DNA of 64,000 bases from Chloroflexota bacterium (lineage in GTDB: Bacteria; Chloroflexota; Limnocylindria; QHBO01): contig QHBO01000016.1 in NCBI GenBank assembly GCA_003243965.1, forward strand, positions 6,778 to 70,777. The letters run 5' to 3'. Below, one piece after another: positions 18,313-27,686 of the stretch (positions are counted from its first letter, which is position 1; each line of letters opens with the position of its first letter). The notes under the pieces are model-generated. The model had not been told where the DNA came from. It saw only the letters and a list, made by a program, of their open reading frames with translations, and ran no database searches. The translations under genes were made by a program, and so were the position numbers.

Positions 18313-19170
18313 ATGAGCACCATCACTCGGGGCAGGTCGGGGGTCGGCCGCACCCATCCATGGAGGGCAGCCCGCATCTCTCTGGCGGCCGTCATCGCCA
18401 TCAGCCTGGCCGGATGCCAGGCAGGGACAGCGGGCCAGTCGTCCGGGTCTCGCACGCTCGCAGCCACGCGATCCGCCGTGCCAACCGCCTCGGCCGTCTC
18501 TCCCCGCGCGACCAGTTCCGCCGAGCTCTCTGACGCCATCAGTCGTCCGACCGAGATACCGTCCGATGGCACGTGCGATCGGAATCGGACCTGCCTCGGC
18601 GTGCTGAAGGCCGGGACGCACCGCACCAGCGTCTTCAGCCCGGCCTTCACGTTCACGCTCCCGGCCGGCGGTTGGGTGAACCGGGAGGATGCGTTCGGTG
18701 TGTTCCCGTTGGAGAGCCTGACGGTGCCCGGCGACGCGATCTTCTTCTTCCGCTTTCCCAGCGCCAGCGCACCCGGCGGAGGCCAGGCGCCCCGGGTCGG
18801 AAACAGCGTGGGCGACCTGACTGACTGGCTCGGAACGCTCAAGGTGCTCGGGGCCACCAAGCCGACGGCGGTGACGATTGGCGGCCTGTCCGGTCAGCAG
18901 CTGGATGTTGCGATTGCCAAGGGCACGGAGACGCACCCCGATGGCTGCACGGTCAGGGTCTGCGTCGACCTCTTCAGCGCGGTGGACCCGCGCGCCCACC
19001 AAACCTGGAAATGGGACCTGGGCCTCGCCGGCCCGGAGCGGGAACGTCTCATCCTGCTGATCGCGCGCGACGGTGTGGTGCTCATCGTGCTCGATTCCCT
19101 CGACGGTACCACCTTCGACTCGCTGGTCGAGGCGGCGAAGCCGATCCTCGCATCGGTCCGCTTCCAGTAG
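18313..19170 (+). CDS. lipoprotein with a Cys-pair domain (paralog of the anti-sigma sensor domain)
   Basis: ATG at 18313 with a GGAGGAGAGG RBS; signal peptide with lipobox (ISLAGC); mature domain shares CxxxxCLGxLxAGxHxTxVF...GGWVNRED...CVDLF...LVDSLDG...PILASxRF with the C-terminus of 19815..20771. Confidence 0.55.
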   Translation: MSTITRGRSGVGRTHPWRAARISLAAVIAISLAGCQAGTAGQSSGSRTLAATRSAVPTASAVSPRATSSAELSDAISRPTEIPSDGTCDRNRTCLGVLKAGTHRTSVFSPAFTFTLPAGGWVNREDAFGVFPLESLTVPGDAIFFFRFPSASAPGGGQAPRVGNSVGDLTDWLGTLKVLGATKPTAVTIGGLSGQQLDVAIAKGTETHPDGCTVRVCVDLFSAVDPRAHQTWKWDLGLAGPERERLILLIARDGVVLIVLDSLDGTTFDSLVEAAKPILASVRFQ

Positions 19171-19248
19171 GCAGGATGTCCGGCCGGTCCCGGCGCAATC
19201 AGCGGACGCGGTGTTCACGGCGAGCCCGCAAGGGGCGATCATGAGCCG

Positions 19249-19818
19249 ATGCTGCGGCACCTGGTCGTGCAGGCGAGCCTCGGCGATCACGACGCGTTCG
19301 CCGAGCTGGTCGAGCGTGTCGCGAGCCGATGCCAGTCGACCGCCGTGCAGATCCTGCGTGACGGGGCACTCGCCGAGGAGGCTGCCCAGGAGGCGCTCAT
19401 CCGCGCCTGGCGCGATCTTCCGCGGCTGCGCGATCCCGATCGATTCGAGGCGTGGCTTCGGCGACTGCTGGTCCACGCCTGCTACGACGCCGCGCGACGG
19501 GAGCGGCGGCGGAGAGGCACCGAGCTGAAGCTGATGGCCGAGTCTCGTGGCGCGATGGCCAACGGCGCGGTGGCCGACGGCGGAACCGCCCTGGCCGAGC
19601 GCGACGCCCTGGAGCAGGTCCTGGCCGGCCTCTCACCCGCCCACCGCGCCGCGCTCGTGCTGCGCCACGTGCTGGACCTCAGTGTTCCGCAGGTCGCCGA
19701 GTCGCTCGGGGTCCCGATCGGCACCGCCAAGTCGCGCCTGCACCATGCCGAGGGTGCGCTGCGCGTGGCGCTCGAGCAGGAGGAGCGGGCCGCTGGCCAT
19801 GGCGAGGAGCAGGCATGA
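19249..19818 (+). CDS. ECF-family RNA polymerase sigma factor
   Basis: Sigma-70 regions 2 and 4 (AQEALIRAW...; LSVPQVAESLGVPIGTAKSRL); stop overlaps the next start (ATGA). Confidence 0.8.
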   Translation: MLRHLVVQASLGDHDAFAELVERVASRCQSTAVQILRDGALAEEAAQEALIRAWRDLPRLRDPDRFEAWLRRLLVHACYDAARRERRRRGTELKLMAESRGAMANGAVADGGTALAERDALEQVLAGLSPAHRAALVLRHVLDLSVPQVAESLGVPIGTAKSRLHHAEGALRVALEQEERAAGHGEEQA

Positions 19819-20771
19819 GGCGTCAACCTGGCCGTGACCAGCGCATCCGGGAGCTCCTGACCCGCACGCCGGAGGAGCGTTCCACCGATGAGCTCGTCCA
19901 GGCCGTCGTCACGCGCACTCGGGGCCTGCCGCAGCGAGGGCGGAGCCGGTGGCGAGACCTGGGGACGCGGCGATTGCTGCTCGCCGGGGCGGTAGGCGCG
20001 GCCGCCGTTCTCGTCCTGGTCGTCGGCGCGACGCTTCGGAATCCACCGGGAAGCGGTCGCCAGCCCGGCGGCCGGCTCGATCACTCGCCGGCCACCGAGC
20101 TGCCGATCAGCCTTCCACGTCCAACCAGCCTGCCCACCGATGGCTCATGCGAGCCCATCGCCGGCTGCCTGGGCATCCTGGCCGCCGGCAGCCATCAGAC
20201 TGCGGTCTTTCGGCCGACGACCACCTTTACCACGGCCGGCGGCTGGGTCAACCGAGAGGATCGCGGTGGCATCTTCGACCTTCGCTCGACCGCGATTCCG
20301 GGAGATGCCCTGCTGCTGCTGCGTGACCCGGTGCCGCTCCGGGACGGCCGGATCGTCGGCGGTGTCGGCAGCGACGCGCGCGCGCTCGCCGCGTGGCTGG
20401 CGGCAGATCCGCGCCTGTCGGCCAGCGGTGCCGCCTCCGCCAGCATCGGGGGCCTGAACGGAATGCGGCTGCGGCTGGCCATCGCGTCGGGGACGTCCGG
20501 CCGGCCGCTCGGCTGCGCCACGCAGGTCTGTGTCGATCTCTTCACCGCCACCGATCCCGCCACCCGGCCGGTCTGGCAGTACCGCATCTCCCTGAGCGGG
20601 ACCGAGCGCGCAACGGTGTATCTGCTCGATGCGCCGCCGGGGGTGATCATGATCCTGGTCGACTCGCTCGATGGCCGGACGTTGGATCGACTGGAGGCAG
20701 CCGCGGCGCCGATCCTGGCATCCATGCGCTTTGCGGTGGAAAGAGGGGCCTCGACGCCATCGCCGCCGTGA
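19815..20771 (+). CDS. anti-sigma factor: short cytoplasmic segment, one TM helix, extracytoplasmic lipoprotein-like domain
   Basis: Translationally coupled to the sigma gene; TM segment LLLAGAVGAAAVLVLVVGA; C-terminal ~200 aa paralogous to 18313..19170. Confidence 0.55.
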   Translation: MRRQPGRDQRIRELLTRTPEERSTDELVQAVVTRTRGLPQRGRSRWRDLGTRRLLLAGAVGAAAVLVLVVGATLRNPPGSGRQPGGRLDHSPATELPISLPRPTSLPTDGSCEPIAGCLGILAAGSHQTAVFRPTTTFTTAGGWVNREDRGGIFDLRSTAIPGDALLLLRDPVPLRDGRIVGGVGSDARALAAWLAADPRLSASGAASASIGGLNGMRLRLAIASGTSGRPLGCATQVCVDLFTATDPATRPVWQYRISLSGTERATVYLLDAPPGVIMILVDSLDGRTLDRLEAAAAPILASMRFAVERGASTPSPP

Positions 20772-20786
20772 GCGACCGGCGGTAGG

Positions 20787-21377
20787 ATGGCGGCAATGGG
20801 AGACGCAGGCGGCACCGATCGGCTTCACTTCACCGGCGACGAACAGGCCGACCGACTACTGGCGGCAGAGCCGATGGCGCTGCTCATCGGCTTCGCGCTC
20901 GACCAGCAGGTGACGGTGCAGAAGGCGTTCTCAGGACCACTCGAGCTGAAGCGGCGAATCGGGACGCTGGATGCGACCCGGATCGCGGAGCTGCCGCTTC
21001 CCGAGCTGGTGGCGGCATTCCAGGCGCGTCCGGCGCTGCATCGGTTCCCCGGGGCCATGGCCCGGCGCGTCCAGGACCTGGCGGCCTACGTGCGCAACGA
21101 GTACGGGGGCGAGGCGGCGCGGCTCTGGACGGAGGCGCCTGACGCATCCGCGCTGCGGCAGCGGATTGCCCAGCTTCCCGGCTTCGGCGAGATGAAGGTC
21201 AGCGGGCTGACCGCCGTTCTCGTCAAGCGCCTCGGCGTGCAGCCGCCGGGTTGGCAAGACGCCCTGCCGGATCATCCGACGCTCGGAGACGTCGATTCTG
21301 CTGAGGCGCTCGAGCTCTACCAAGCACGAAAGCGAGCCCACAAGGCAGAGCTCCGCGCGGCAGGCGGGCTTCAGTAA
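20787..21377 (+). CDS. HhH-GPD superfamily base-excision-repair-like protein
   Basis: 196 aa with helix-hairpin-helix region (LPGFGEMKVSGL); family assignment moderate. Confidence 0.45.
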   Translation: MAAMGDAGGTDRLHFTGDEQADRLLAAEPMALLIGFALDQQVTVQKAFSGPLELKRRIGTLDATRIAELPLPELVAAFQARPALHRFPGAMARRVQDLAAYVRNEYGGEAARLWTEAPDASALRQRIAQLPGFGEMKVSGLTAVLVKRLGVQPPGWQDALPDHPTLGDVDSAEALELYQARKRAHKAELRAAGGLQ

Positions 21378-21406
21378 AGTTTCGGTTGCCTCCAGTCCGG
21401 GCGTGT

Positions 21407-22414
21407 TCAGTACACGGCCGGCGCCGGCACGGAGCCCATGATCTGGCGGCCGTAGAGGTCGAGCTGATCCTCCTCATCGCCGTTCATCAGGTAGATGTTG
21501 AACTGGGTCACTCCGGCGTCTCGAAGCTCCTCGAGCCGCTCCCGGTGCGCCGATGCCGGCCCCACGACTGCCAGCCGATCAGTGATCTCGTCGGACACGA
21601 AGCGCGCGTTGTCGCTGCCAACCTCCGCGTGGTGCAGGTAGTCGTAGCCCTCGCGGTTCGCCACGTACCGCCACAGCGGCTCCGGCAGCTCCTCGCGCGG
21701 GTAGCGGCTGAGGAGGTCGACCACGTGGTTGCTGACCAGCGCGGGGAACCAGCGAACGCGCTCGCGCGCGGCGGCCATGTCGTCGGCGAGGTACGCGGGC
21801 GCAGCTGCCATCACCTCGATGGCATCGGGGTTGCGGCCGGCCTCCTCCGCGGCACGTCGCACGAAAGCGAGACACCAGCGGATGATGTCCGGGTCGGCGA
21901 GCTGCAGGATGATCCCGTCCGCCACTCGGCCGGCCGCGGCGAGCGCCTTGGGGCCGTAGCCGGCGATCCAGATCGGCACCGGGCCGTGTTCCGCCCAGGT
22001 CAGCTGGATGGCGGTGCCGTCCACCTCGATGGGCTCGCCGGCGGTCAGCGCCCGCACGATGCGGCACGCCTCCTCCAGGTACGCCACCGTGAGCGGCTTC
22101 TTGCCGGCCACGCGCACCGCGGAGTCGCCGCGCCCCATCCCGAGGTCCATGCGGCCGCCCGCGATCTCGTTCAGGGTCGCGAGCACGGAAGCCGTGACGG
22201 TCACGTCCCGCGTTCCCGGGTTGGTGACGCAGGTCCCGAGGCGCATCCGCTCTGTGCTGGCCGCGATCAACGTCAGGAGCGGGTACGGATCCCGCCACAG
22301 GATGTGGGAATCGAAGATCCAGCCGTAATCGAAGCCGTTGGACTCCGCCCGCGCTGCGAGGTCGACGGCACGCTGGTATCGGTATTCCGGCTTCAGCGTG
22401 ATCCCGAAGCGCAT
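21407..22414 (-). CDS. LLM-class (probably F420-dependent) oxidoreductase
   Basis: Start at MRFGITLKPEY (typical LLM N-terminus); luciferase-like barrel motifs; the upstream 96 codons of the track ORF are Ser/Thr-rich junk. Confidence 0.65.
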   Translation of the reverse strand: MRFGITLKPEYRYQRAVDLAARAESNGFDYGWIFDSHILWRDPYPLLTLIAASTERMRLGTCVTNPGTRDVTVTASVLATLNEIAGGRMDLGMGRGDSAVRVAGKKPLTVAYLEEACRIVRALTAGEPIEVDGTAIQLTWAEHGPVPIWIAGYGPKALAAAGRVADGIILQLADPDIIRWCLAFVRRAAEEAGRNPDAIEVMAAAPAYLADDMAAARERVRWFPALVSNHVVDLLSRYPREELPEPLWRYVANREGYDYLHHAEVGSDNARFVSDEITDRLAVVGPASAHRERLEELRDAGVTQFNIYLMNGDEEDQLDLYGRQIMGSVPAPAVY

Positions 22415-22448
22415 CTGATCCTCCTTCGCGGCGCGTTCATCGCGCCCG

Positions 22449-23297
22449 CTAGGGACGCACGAGGTCCTCGTAGGCGTCGGGCCGGCGATCGCGGTAGAAC
22501 TGCCACAGCTGGCGGACCTCGTCGATTGCGTCGAGGTCGAGGTCGCGCACGATGAGCTCTTCGCGGTGCGGGTCACCGACATCGCCCACGAACTGGCCGC
22601 GGGGATCGACGAAGTACGACTGGCCGTAGAAGTCGTCGTCGCCGAGCGGCTCGATACCGACCCGATTGATGGTGCCGACGAAGTAGCCGTTGGCCAGCGC
22701 ATGGCTCACCTGCTCGACGCGCCACAGGTATTCCGACAGGCCACGCGAAGTTGCAGACGGGATGAAGACCAGCTCCGCTCCGTTGAGCCCCAGCGCCCTG
22801 GCGCCCTCGGGGAAGTGGCGGTCGTAGCAGATGTAGACGCCGACCTTGCCGACCGCGGTGTCGAAGACCGGGTAGCCGAGGTTCCCGGGTCGGAAATAGA
22901 ACTTCTCCCAGAAGCCCTTGACCTGCGGGATGTGCGTCTTGCGGTACTTTCCCAGGTAGCTGCCATCGGCATCGATCACCGCGGCGGTGTTGTAGTAGAT
23001 GCCGCGGGCGTGCTCGTCCTCCTCGTACATCGGGACGATCAGCACCATGCCGGTCTCGCGGGCGAGCTCCTGCATCCGCTTGGTGGTGGGACCGTCGGGG
23101 ATGTGCTCGGTGTAGGAGAAATACTGAGGATCCTGCACCTGGCAGAAGTACGGCCCGTAGAAGAGCTCCTGGAAGCACATCACCTTCGCGCCCTGGGCCG
23201 CCGCCTCTCGGGCGTAACGCTCGTGCTTCTCGATCATCGACTCCTTCTCGCCGGTCCACTCCGCCTGGAGCAGGGCCGCACGGACGATGCGAGCCAT
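22449..23297 (-). CDS. carbon-nitrogen hydrolase (N-carbamoyl-amino acid amidohydrolase / beta-ureidopropionase-like)
   Basis: CN-hydrolase catalytic triad context: CFQE (Glu), KTH (Lys), ICYD (Cys); start at MARIVRAALLQ. Confidence 0.7.
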   Translation of the reverse strand: MARIVRAALLQAEWTGEKESMIEKHERYAREAAAQGAKVMCFQELFYGPYFCQVQDPQYFSYTEHIPDGPTTKRMQELARETGMVLIVPMYEEDEHARGIYYNTAAVIDADGSYLGKYRKTHIPQVKGFWEKFYFRPGNLGYPVFDTAVGKVGVYICYDRHFPEGARALGLNGAELVFIPSATSRGLSEYLWRVEQVSHALANGYFVGTINRVGIEPLGDDDFYGQSYFVDPRGQFVGDVGDPHREELIVRDLDLDAIDEVRQLWQFYRDRRPDAYEDLVRP

Positions 23298-23445
23298 CGG
23301 TTCCTCCGTCGAATCATGACAAAACGTCAAGGAGTGATTGGGCAGTCTCGAGGAGCCGATACAGTACACCGGTCGCCCGCCAGCCCACCGACGCTGCCGG
23401 CTGGCCCCTCGGACCCATCGGCGCCCGACCCGCGGACCGGGGGCG

Positions 23446-24117
23446 TCAGACGAAGTGTCGCCCGCTCCTGATCAGCCCGACGACGATGACGACGTGCGCG
23501 GCCAGGAAGACGGCGATCACCACCAGGACGACCACGACCGTCGTGGTCGGGTCGATCATTGTCGATCGCGCCGCGAGCGCGGAGCTTTGGCGGAGGGAGG
23601 CGAGCGAGCTCAGCACCACCACCGCGTCGAGCAGGATCCCCAGCACCGCGAGCACCATTCCGGTGATGCGGCCCCACCCACGCCGCCTGAGGACGCCGAT
23701 CCCGGCCGCGATATGCGCCGCGGCGAACCCCAGCGCAATGATCGCCAGCACCACCATGACCGCCGACATCGCTCCGAGCATGCCGCGCATGTCGATGCCC
23801 TGCAGCTCCGGCGTGCTGAACGCAGGGTTGTTCGGCGAGAGTCCGCTCATCACGGCCTGGGAGAGCAGGAACAGCAGGCCCCAGATCGCGGAAAGGACGC
23901 CCAGCACCAGGAGGATGACACCGATCGCAATCAGCATCGGCGGCGTCCCACCCGCCGGTGACGCGCCACCCGGTGGCGGCCCAGCCGGAGGTGTGCTCGG
24001 CGGGCTCCATCCAGCCGCGGGTGCCGCGGGAGGCTGCCATGCGCGGGGCGGCTCGGTGCCCTGTGTGGACGCAATCTCAGAACGTTGACGAAACCTTTGC
24101 AAGGAGCTGAGCGTCAC
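23446..24117 (-). CDS. membrane protein with Pro-rich N-terminal region and four predicted TM helices
   Basis: GTG-initiated ORF; strongly hydrophobic helices; function unknown. Confidence 0.35.
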   Translation of the reverse strand: MTLSSLQRFRQRSEIASTQGTEPPRAWQPPAAPAAGWSPPSTPPAGPPPGGASPAGGTPPMLIAIGVILLVLGVLSAIWGLLFLLSQAVMSGLSPNNPAFSTPELQGIDMRGMLGAMSAVMVVLAIIALGFAAAHIAAGIGVLRRRGWGRITGMVLAVLGILLDAVVVLSSLASLRQSSALAARSTMIDPTTTVVVVLVVIAVFLAAHVVIVVGLIRSGRHFV

Positions 24118-24240
24118 TACGTAGCCTTTCCCCGCAGGCGGTCTCTGGTGCGCTAGCCATCATGCCACCGTCAGTGGTGAAGAGAACTCAAGAATTTCTT
24201 TCCCGGTGCGGCGTTGTGGCGGTGACACAAGCGGCCGTTA

Positions 24241-25974
24241 ATGACAGTGCACTCACAACGATTGGGAACCATGCGTTCAACGCTTCGACAGCGAGCTCTG
24301 AGCCTCGCCTCAACGATTCCGGTAGGCCTGATGCTCATCGCCGCCCTGGTTGCAGCCCTCAAGGCGCTGGAGGTGGTCGTGCCGCCCCTGCGGCCGCTGC
24401 CGGCCATTCTTCCCATCGATCCCGATGCGTCCCAGCGGCTGACCGCGCTAACCGTGTGCATCGCCCTGCTGGCGCTGGGCATCGGTCTGGCTCGCCGCAA
24501 GCGCGCCGCATGGTGGCTCGCGATCAGCGTCCTCCTTCCGGCGCTCGTGGTCCAGCTGTCGATGCTGCGCCATCCCATCTCCGCCTCGCTCGCCGGCCTC
24601 TCGCTCCTGGTCCTGTTCCTCGATCGCCGACGCTACCGGGTCTCCAGCGGCCGGGCATCGCGACGGATCACGACGATCCTGAGCGCAACCGGTCTGGCGA
24701 TCGCGGGCGCTGCGCTCGCGCTGGCCGCGGCAACCGGCGTCGGAATCGTTCGCCCGGATTCCGAGCTTGGCAGTTTGGTGAATGCCACGGTCCGCTGGGT
24801 GGCCCTCGGTGATCCGACGGTTGCGCTGCTGGGACAGGGGGCGCTGCTGGCGATCATCGTCCTGATTGCCAGGGTGGTGGTGGCGGCGGGATTCTGGAGG
24901 CTGCTCACGCCGGCGGAGTCGCCTGACCTCGACCCGGGCCTCCAGCTGCATGCCACCGCGGTCGCCGAGCGCTTCGGCCACGGGGCGCTTCGGCCCTTCC
25001 AGCTGGGCAATGACAAGAGCTACTTCACGCTTCCCGATGCCGAATCCGCCATCGCCTTCGCTCGCGATGGGCGCTTGGCGGTCGCCCTCGGCGATCCGAT
25101 CGGTCCACCCGAGGCCGGCCGGCGCGTTGCCGAGGCGTTCCTGCGCGAATGTGCGCGGCGCGACTGGGTGCCGTGTGTCTACCAGGCATCTTCCGCCGGA
25201 CTGCCGCTCCTGACCGATCTCGGTCTGCGCCCCTACCTGATCGGCAAGGAGGCGACCGTCGACCTGACGAGCTTCGATCTCACAGGCGGCAAGCGCGCGA
25301 ACCTGCGCCACACGGTGACGCGCGCTCAGCGCGGCGGAGTCGCCGCGCGTTGGTACCCCGATGGCGTCGGGGGTGAGCCGGCGAGCCTGATCGAGCAGCT
25401 TCGCGAGCTCGATCGGGCGTGGCGCGGCAACCGCCCGGAGATGGGGTTCACGATCAGCCGCTTCGACCCGATCGACCTGGTGCGCTATCCGGTCAGCGTC
25501 GCCTATGACGACCAGGGCAATCCGCTCGCGTTCGCGACGTTCCGTGCCACCGGCGAGGGAGGCTGCGTCCTCGATCTCATCCGTCGCCAGCCCGGCGGCG
25601 TCCCCGGCGCCATGGAGCTCTGCCTTGCTTCCGCCGCCACCGAGCTGCGCGCCGCGGGGTTCACGACCCTCTCGCTGGGCCTGGCACCGCTCGCCGGCCT
25701 CGAGAGCGGCCGCGGCGTGGTCGAGCGCCTGCTGGCGCTTGGTGCCCGCGCCATCCGACCGGCGTACGACGTGCGGGGCCTTGCGTTCTTCAAGGGCAAG
25801 TTTGCGCCAACCTGGGAGCCGCGCTACCTCGTCGTCGACAAGCGCGCCAGCCTGCCCCGAGTAATGATGGCCCTGCTTCGCCTTCATCTCGGAGGCGCGA
25901 AGGGGCTGTTGAAGGCAGCTGGCGCGGAGATCGCACCGCACCGTCGTACGGTCGCGGCTCACGCTGGTGACTGA
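24241..25974 (+). CDS. MprF-like aminoacyl-phosphatidylglycerol synthase (TM anchor + DUF2156 synthase domain, no flippase domain)
   Basis: About 6 N-terminal TM helices followed by a C-terminal domain resembling the lysyl/alanyl-PG synthase domain. Confidence 0.55.
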   Translation: MTVHSQRLGTMRSTLRQRALSLASTIPVGLMLIAALVAALKALEVVVPPLRPLPAILPIDPDASQRLTALTVCIALLALGIGLARRKRAAWWLAISVLLPALVVQLSMLRHPISASLAGLSLLVLFLDRRRYRVSSGRASRRITTILSATGLAIAGAALALAAATGVGIVRPDSELGSLVNATVRWVALGDPTVALLGQGALLAIIVLIARVVVAAGFWRLLTPAESPDLDPGLQLHATAVAERFGHGALRPFQLGNDKSYFTLPDAESAIAFARDGRLAVALGDPIGPPEAGRRVAEAFLRECARRDWVPCVYQASSAGLPLLTDLGLRPYLIGKEATVDLTSFDLTGGKRANLRHTVTRAQRGGVAARWYPDGVGGEPASLIEQLRELDRAWRGNRPEMGFTISRFDPIDLVRYPVSVAYDDQGNPLAFATFRATGEGGCVLDLIRRQPGGVPGAMELCLASAATELRAAGFTTLSLGLAPLAGLESGRGVVERLLALGARAIRPAYDVRGLAFFKGKFAPTWEPRYLVVDKRASLPRVMMALLRLHLGGAKGLLKAAGAEIAPHRRTVAAHAGD

Positions 25975-27610
25975 GGTGGCGCTACCGAGACTTCCGCAGC
26001 GCACGCTGCATGGAACCGCGCGGGCCGCGGCTCCCGAGATCGCAGCGGTCCTGCTGGTGGCCGCGGTGCTCTGGGTGCTCCGGACCACCGCCACGATCCC
26101 GTCGATCCGCGACACCCTGATCTTCATGGGTTTCGACACCGAGCGGGCGATGCTGATCGTCGCCCTGCTGATGGGCCTCGCCGCCGGTACCATCGCGGGC
26201 GCGGTCGGCACCGGCCGACTGCCAGCCGCGATCCTCGGCATCGGGGCGACCGCAGCCACGTACGCGCACACATTCATCGCCCAGACCACCCGGGACACAA
26301 CTGCATCAGCCAACCTTGGTCGCCTCGATCCAGGAGGCTGGCTGACGACATTCCTGGCGATCGTGGCGGCCGGTGGCCTGGCCGGACTCGCGGCGGGAAT
26401 CCTGGCCAGCGAGGCGCGCAGTGCCGTGGCGGATCTCGCCGGGCAGGTGCGCGCGGCGTATCGGACCCGCCGGCCAGCGGCGATCCACCGCGCCAGGCTC
26501 GCGGTGGTGGTCACGGTCGTGGCGGCGGTGCTGGTCGCCGTGCCGTCGATGGGAGCGATGCTGAACTACAGCGCGGATGTGCTGATGCGCAATGGCGGCC
26601 AGAACGTCCCGCTCGTGCCGAGCGGCGCGGGGATGGTCGGGATACCCGGCATGGGCGGTCAGAGCACCAAGCCGCCGACCGGCCGCAGCAGCTCCCCGGG
26701 GACGAGCGGCTGGAGCCACGGTGCTCCCCAGGGCGTCGCACTCCCGCCGGTGACCACCACCTCGGGGTCGCGGCCGTGGCTCGCCTGGCGGCCCAGCGGC
26801 AGCGGCCAGGTCCTGTACGTCAAGCTGCCGGCTCCCTGGAGCGCTGGCACGAGCCCGACCGCCAACGTGGCCGTCTATCTTCCCCCCGGTTACGGCATCG
26901 GAAACCGGCGCTATCCGGTGGTCTATGAGGCGCCCTGGCCGATCACGCTGTTCCAGAACGGGGCGAACATCCAGGGCACGCTGGATGCCCTGATCACCTC
27001 GGGCACGATCCCGGCCAGCATCTTCGTGTTTGCGTCGAGCGGCGGCGGCCCGTACGTCGACAACGAGTGCATCAACTCCGCCGACGGGCGCGAGAACTTC
27101 GACGACTACCTGAGCCGCACCCTGATCAGCTACGTCGATCAGAACTACCGGACGATTGCCGATCGACGGGCGCGATCGCTGATGGGCGACTCACAGGGCG
27201 GGTACTGCGCCGCCGACCTGCTGGTCCGTCATCCGGATGTCTTCGGGCAGGAGATCACCTGGAGCGGCTACTTCATGGCCGCGCCACTGATCAGCATCTC
27301 ACCCAGCGCCGTGGCGCCGTTCGGCGGCAACCTGGCGCTGATGCGGGCCTATTCGCCGATGCTGCTCACCCCGCGCATTCCCCAGGCGCTGCGTGGCCAG
27401 CTGTACTTCGTGATCATCGGCCTCCCGACCCAGCCGATCTACGGGCCGCAGATCCAGGCCTTCACCGCGCAGCTGCGCTACCTGGGCTACCCGTACACGG
27501 TGATCAGCACCCCCTTCGGGCACTCGTGGAACGGCGTCCGCGACACGCTGCCGGCGGCCTTGATGGCGATCGCCGCCCAGGAAGTGCGGACCGGGGTCTT
27601 CGCTCACTGA
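25967..27610 (+). CDS. membrane-anchored esterase (PF00756 'putative esterase' / Ag85–Fes-like alpha/beta hydrolase)
   Basis: About 5 N-terminal TM helices; catalytic GDSQGG nucleophile elbow; 8-nt overlap with the preceding gene. Confidence 0.5.
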   Translation: MTEVALPRLPQRTLHGTARAAAPEIAAVLLVAAVLWVLRTTATIPSIRDTLIFMGFDTERAMLIVALLMGLAAGTIAGAVGTGRLPAAILGIGATAATYAHTFIAQTTRDTTASANLGRLDPGGWLTTFLAIVAAGGLAGLAAGILASEARSAVADLAGQVRAAYRTRRPAAIHRARLAVVVTVVAAVLVAVPSMGAMLNYSADVLMRNGGQNVPLVPSGAGMVGIPGMGGQSTKPPTGRSSSPGTSGWSHGAPQGVALPPVTTTSGSRPWLAWRPSGSGQVLYVKLPAPWSAGTSPTANVAVYLPPGYGIGNRRYPVVYEAPWPITLFQNGANIQGTLDALITSGTIPASIFVFASSGGGPYVDNECINSADGRENFDDYLSRTLISYVDQNYRTIADRRARSLMGDSQGGYCAADLLVRHPDVFGQEITWSGYFMAAPLISISPSAVAPFGGNLALMRAYSPMLLTPRIPQALRGQLYFVIIGLPTQPIYGPQIQAFTAQLRYLGYPYTVISTPFGHSWNGVRDTLPAALMAIAAQEVRTGVFAH

Positions 27611-27686
27611 GCAGGCCCGGAAGGGCACAATCCGACCGCCTGGCGGCGGGCGGCCACCTCCGGCTCCTGACCGATATCCTCGCAGG

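Noticed and set aside
16430-18316. 628-aa plus-strand ORF
   Set aside because: Antisense of the dihydropyrimidinase gene, which has clear metal-site motifs on the minus strand.
24118-24240. Lower-GC divergent intergenic region with a TTGACG -35-like hexamer
   Set aside because: Plausible promoter region, but I could not pair it with a convincing -10 element at proper spacing, so it is not reported as a feature.
24448-26514. 688-aa minus-strand ORF
   Set aside because: Antisense of the MprF-like and esterase genes; no motifs.
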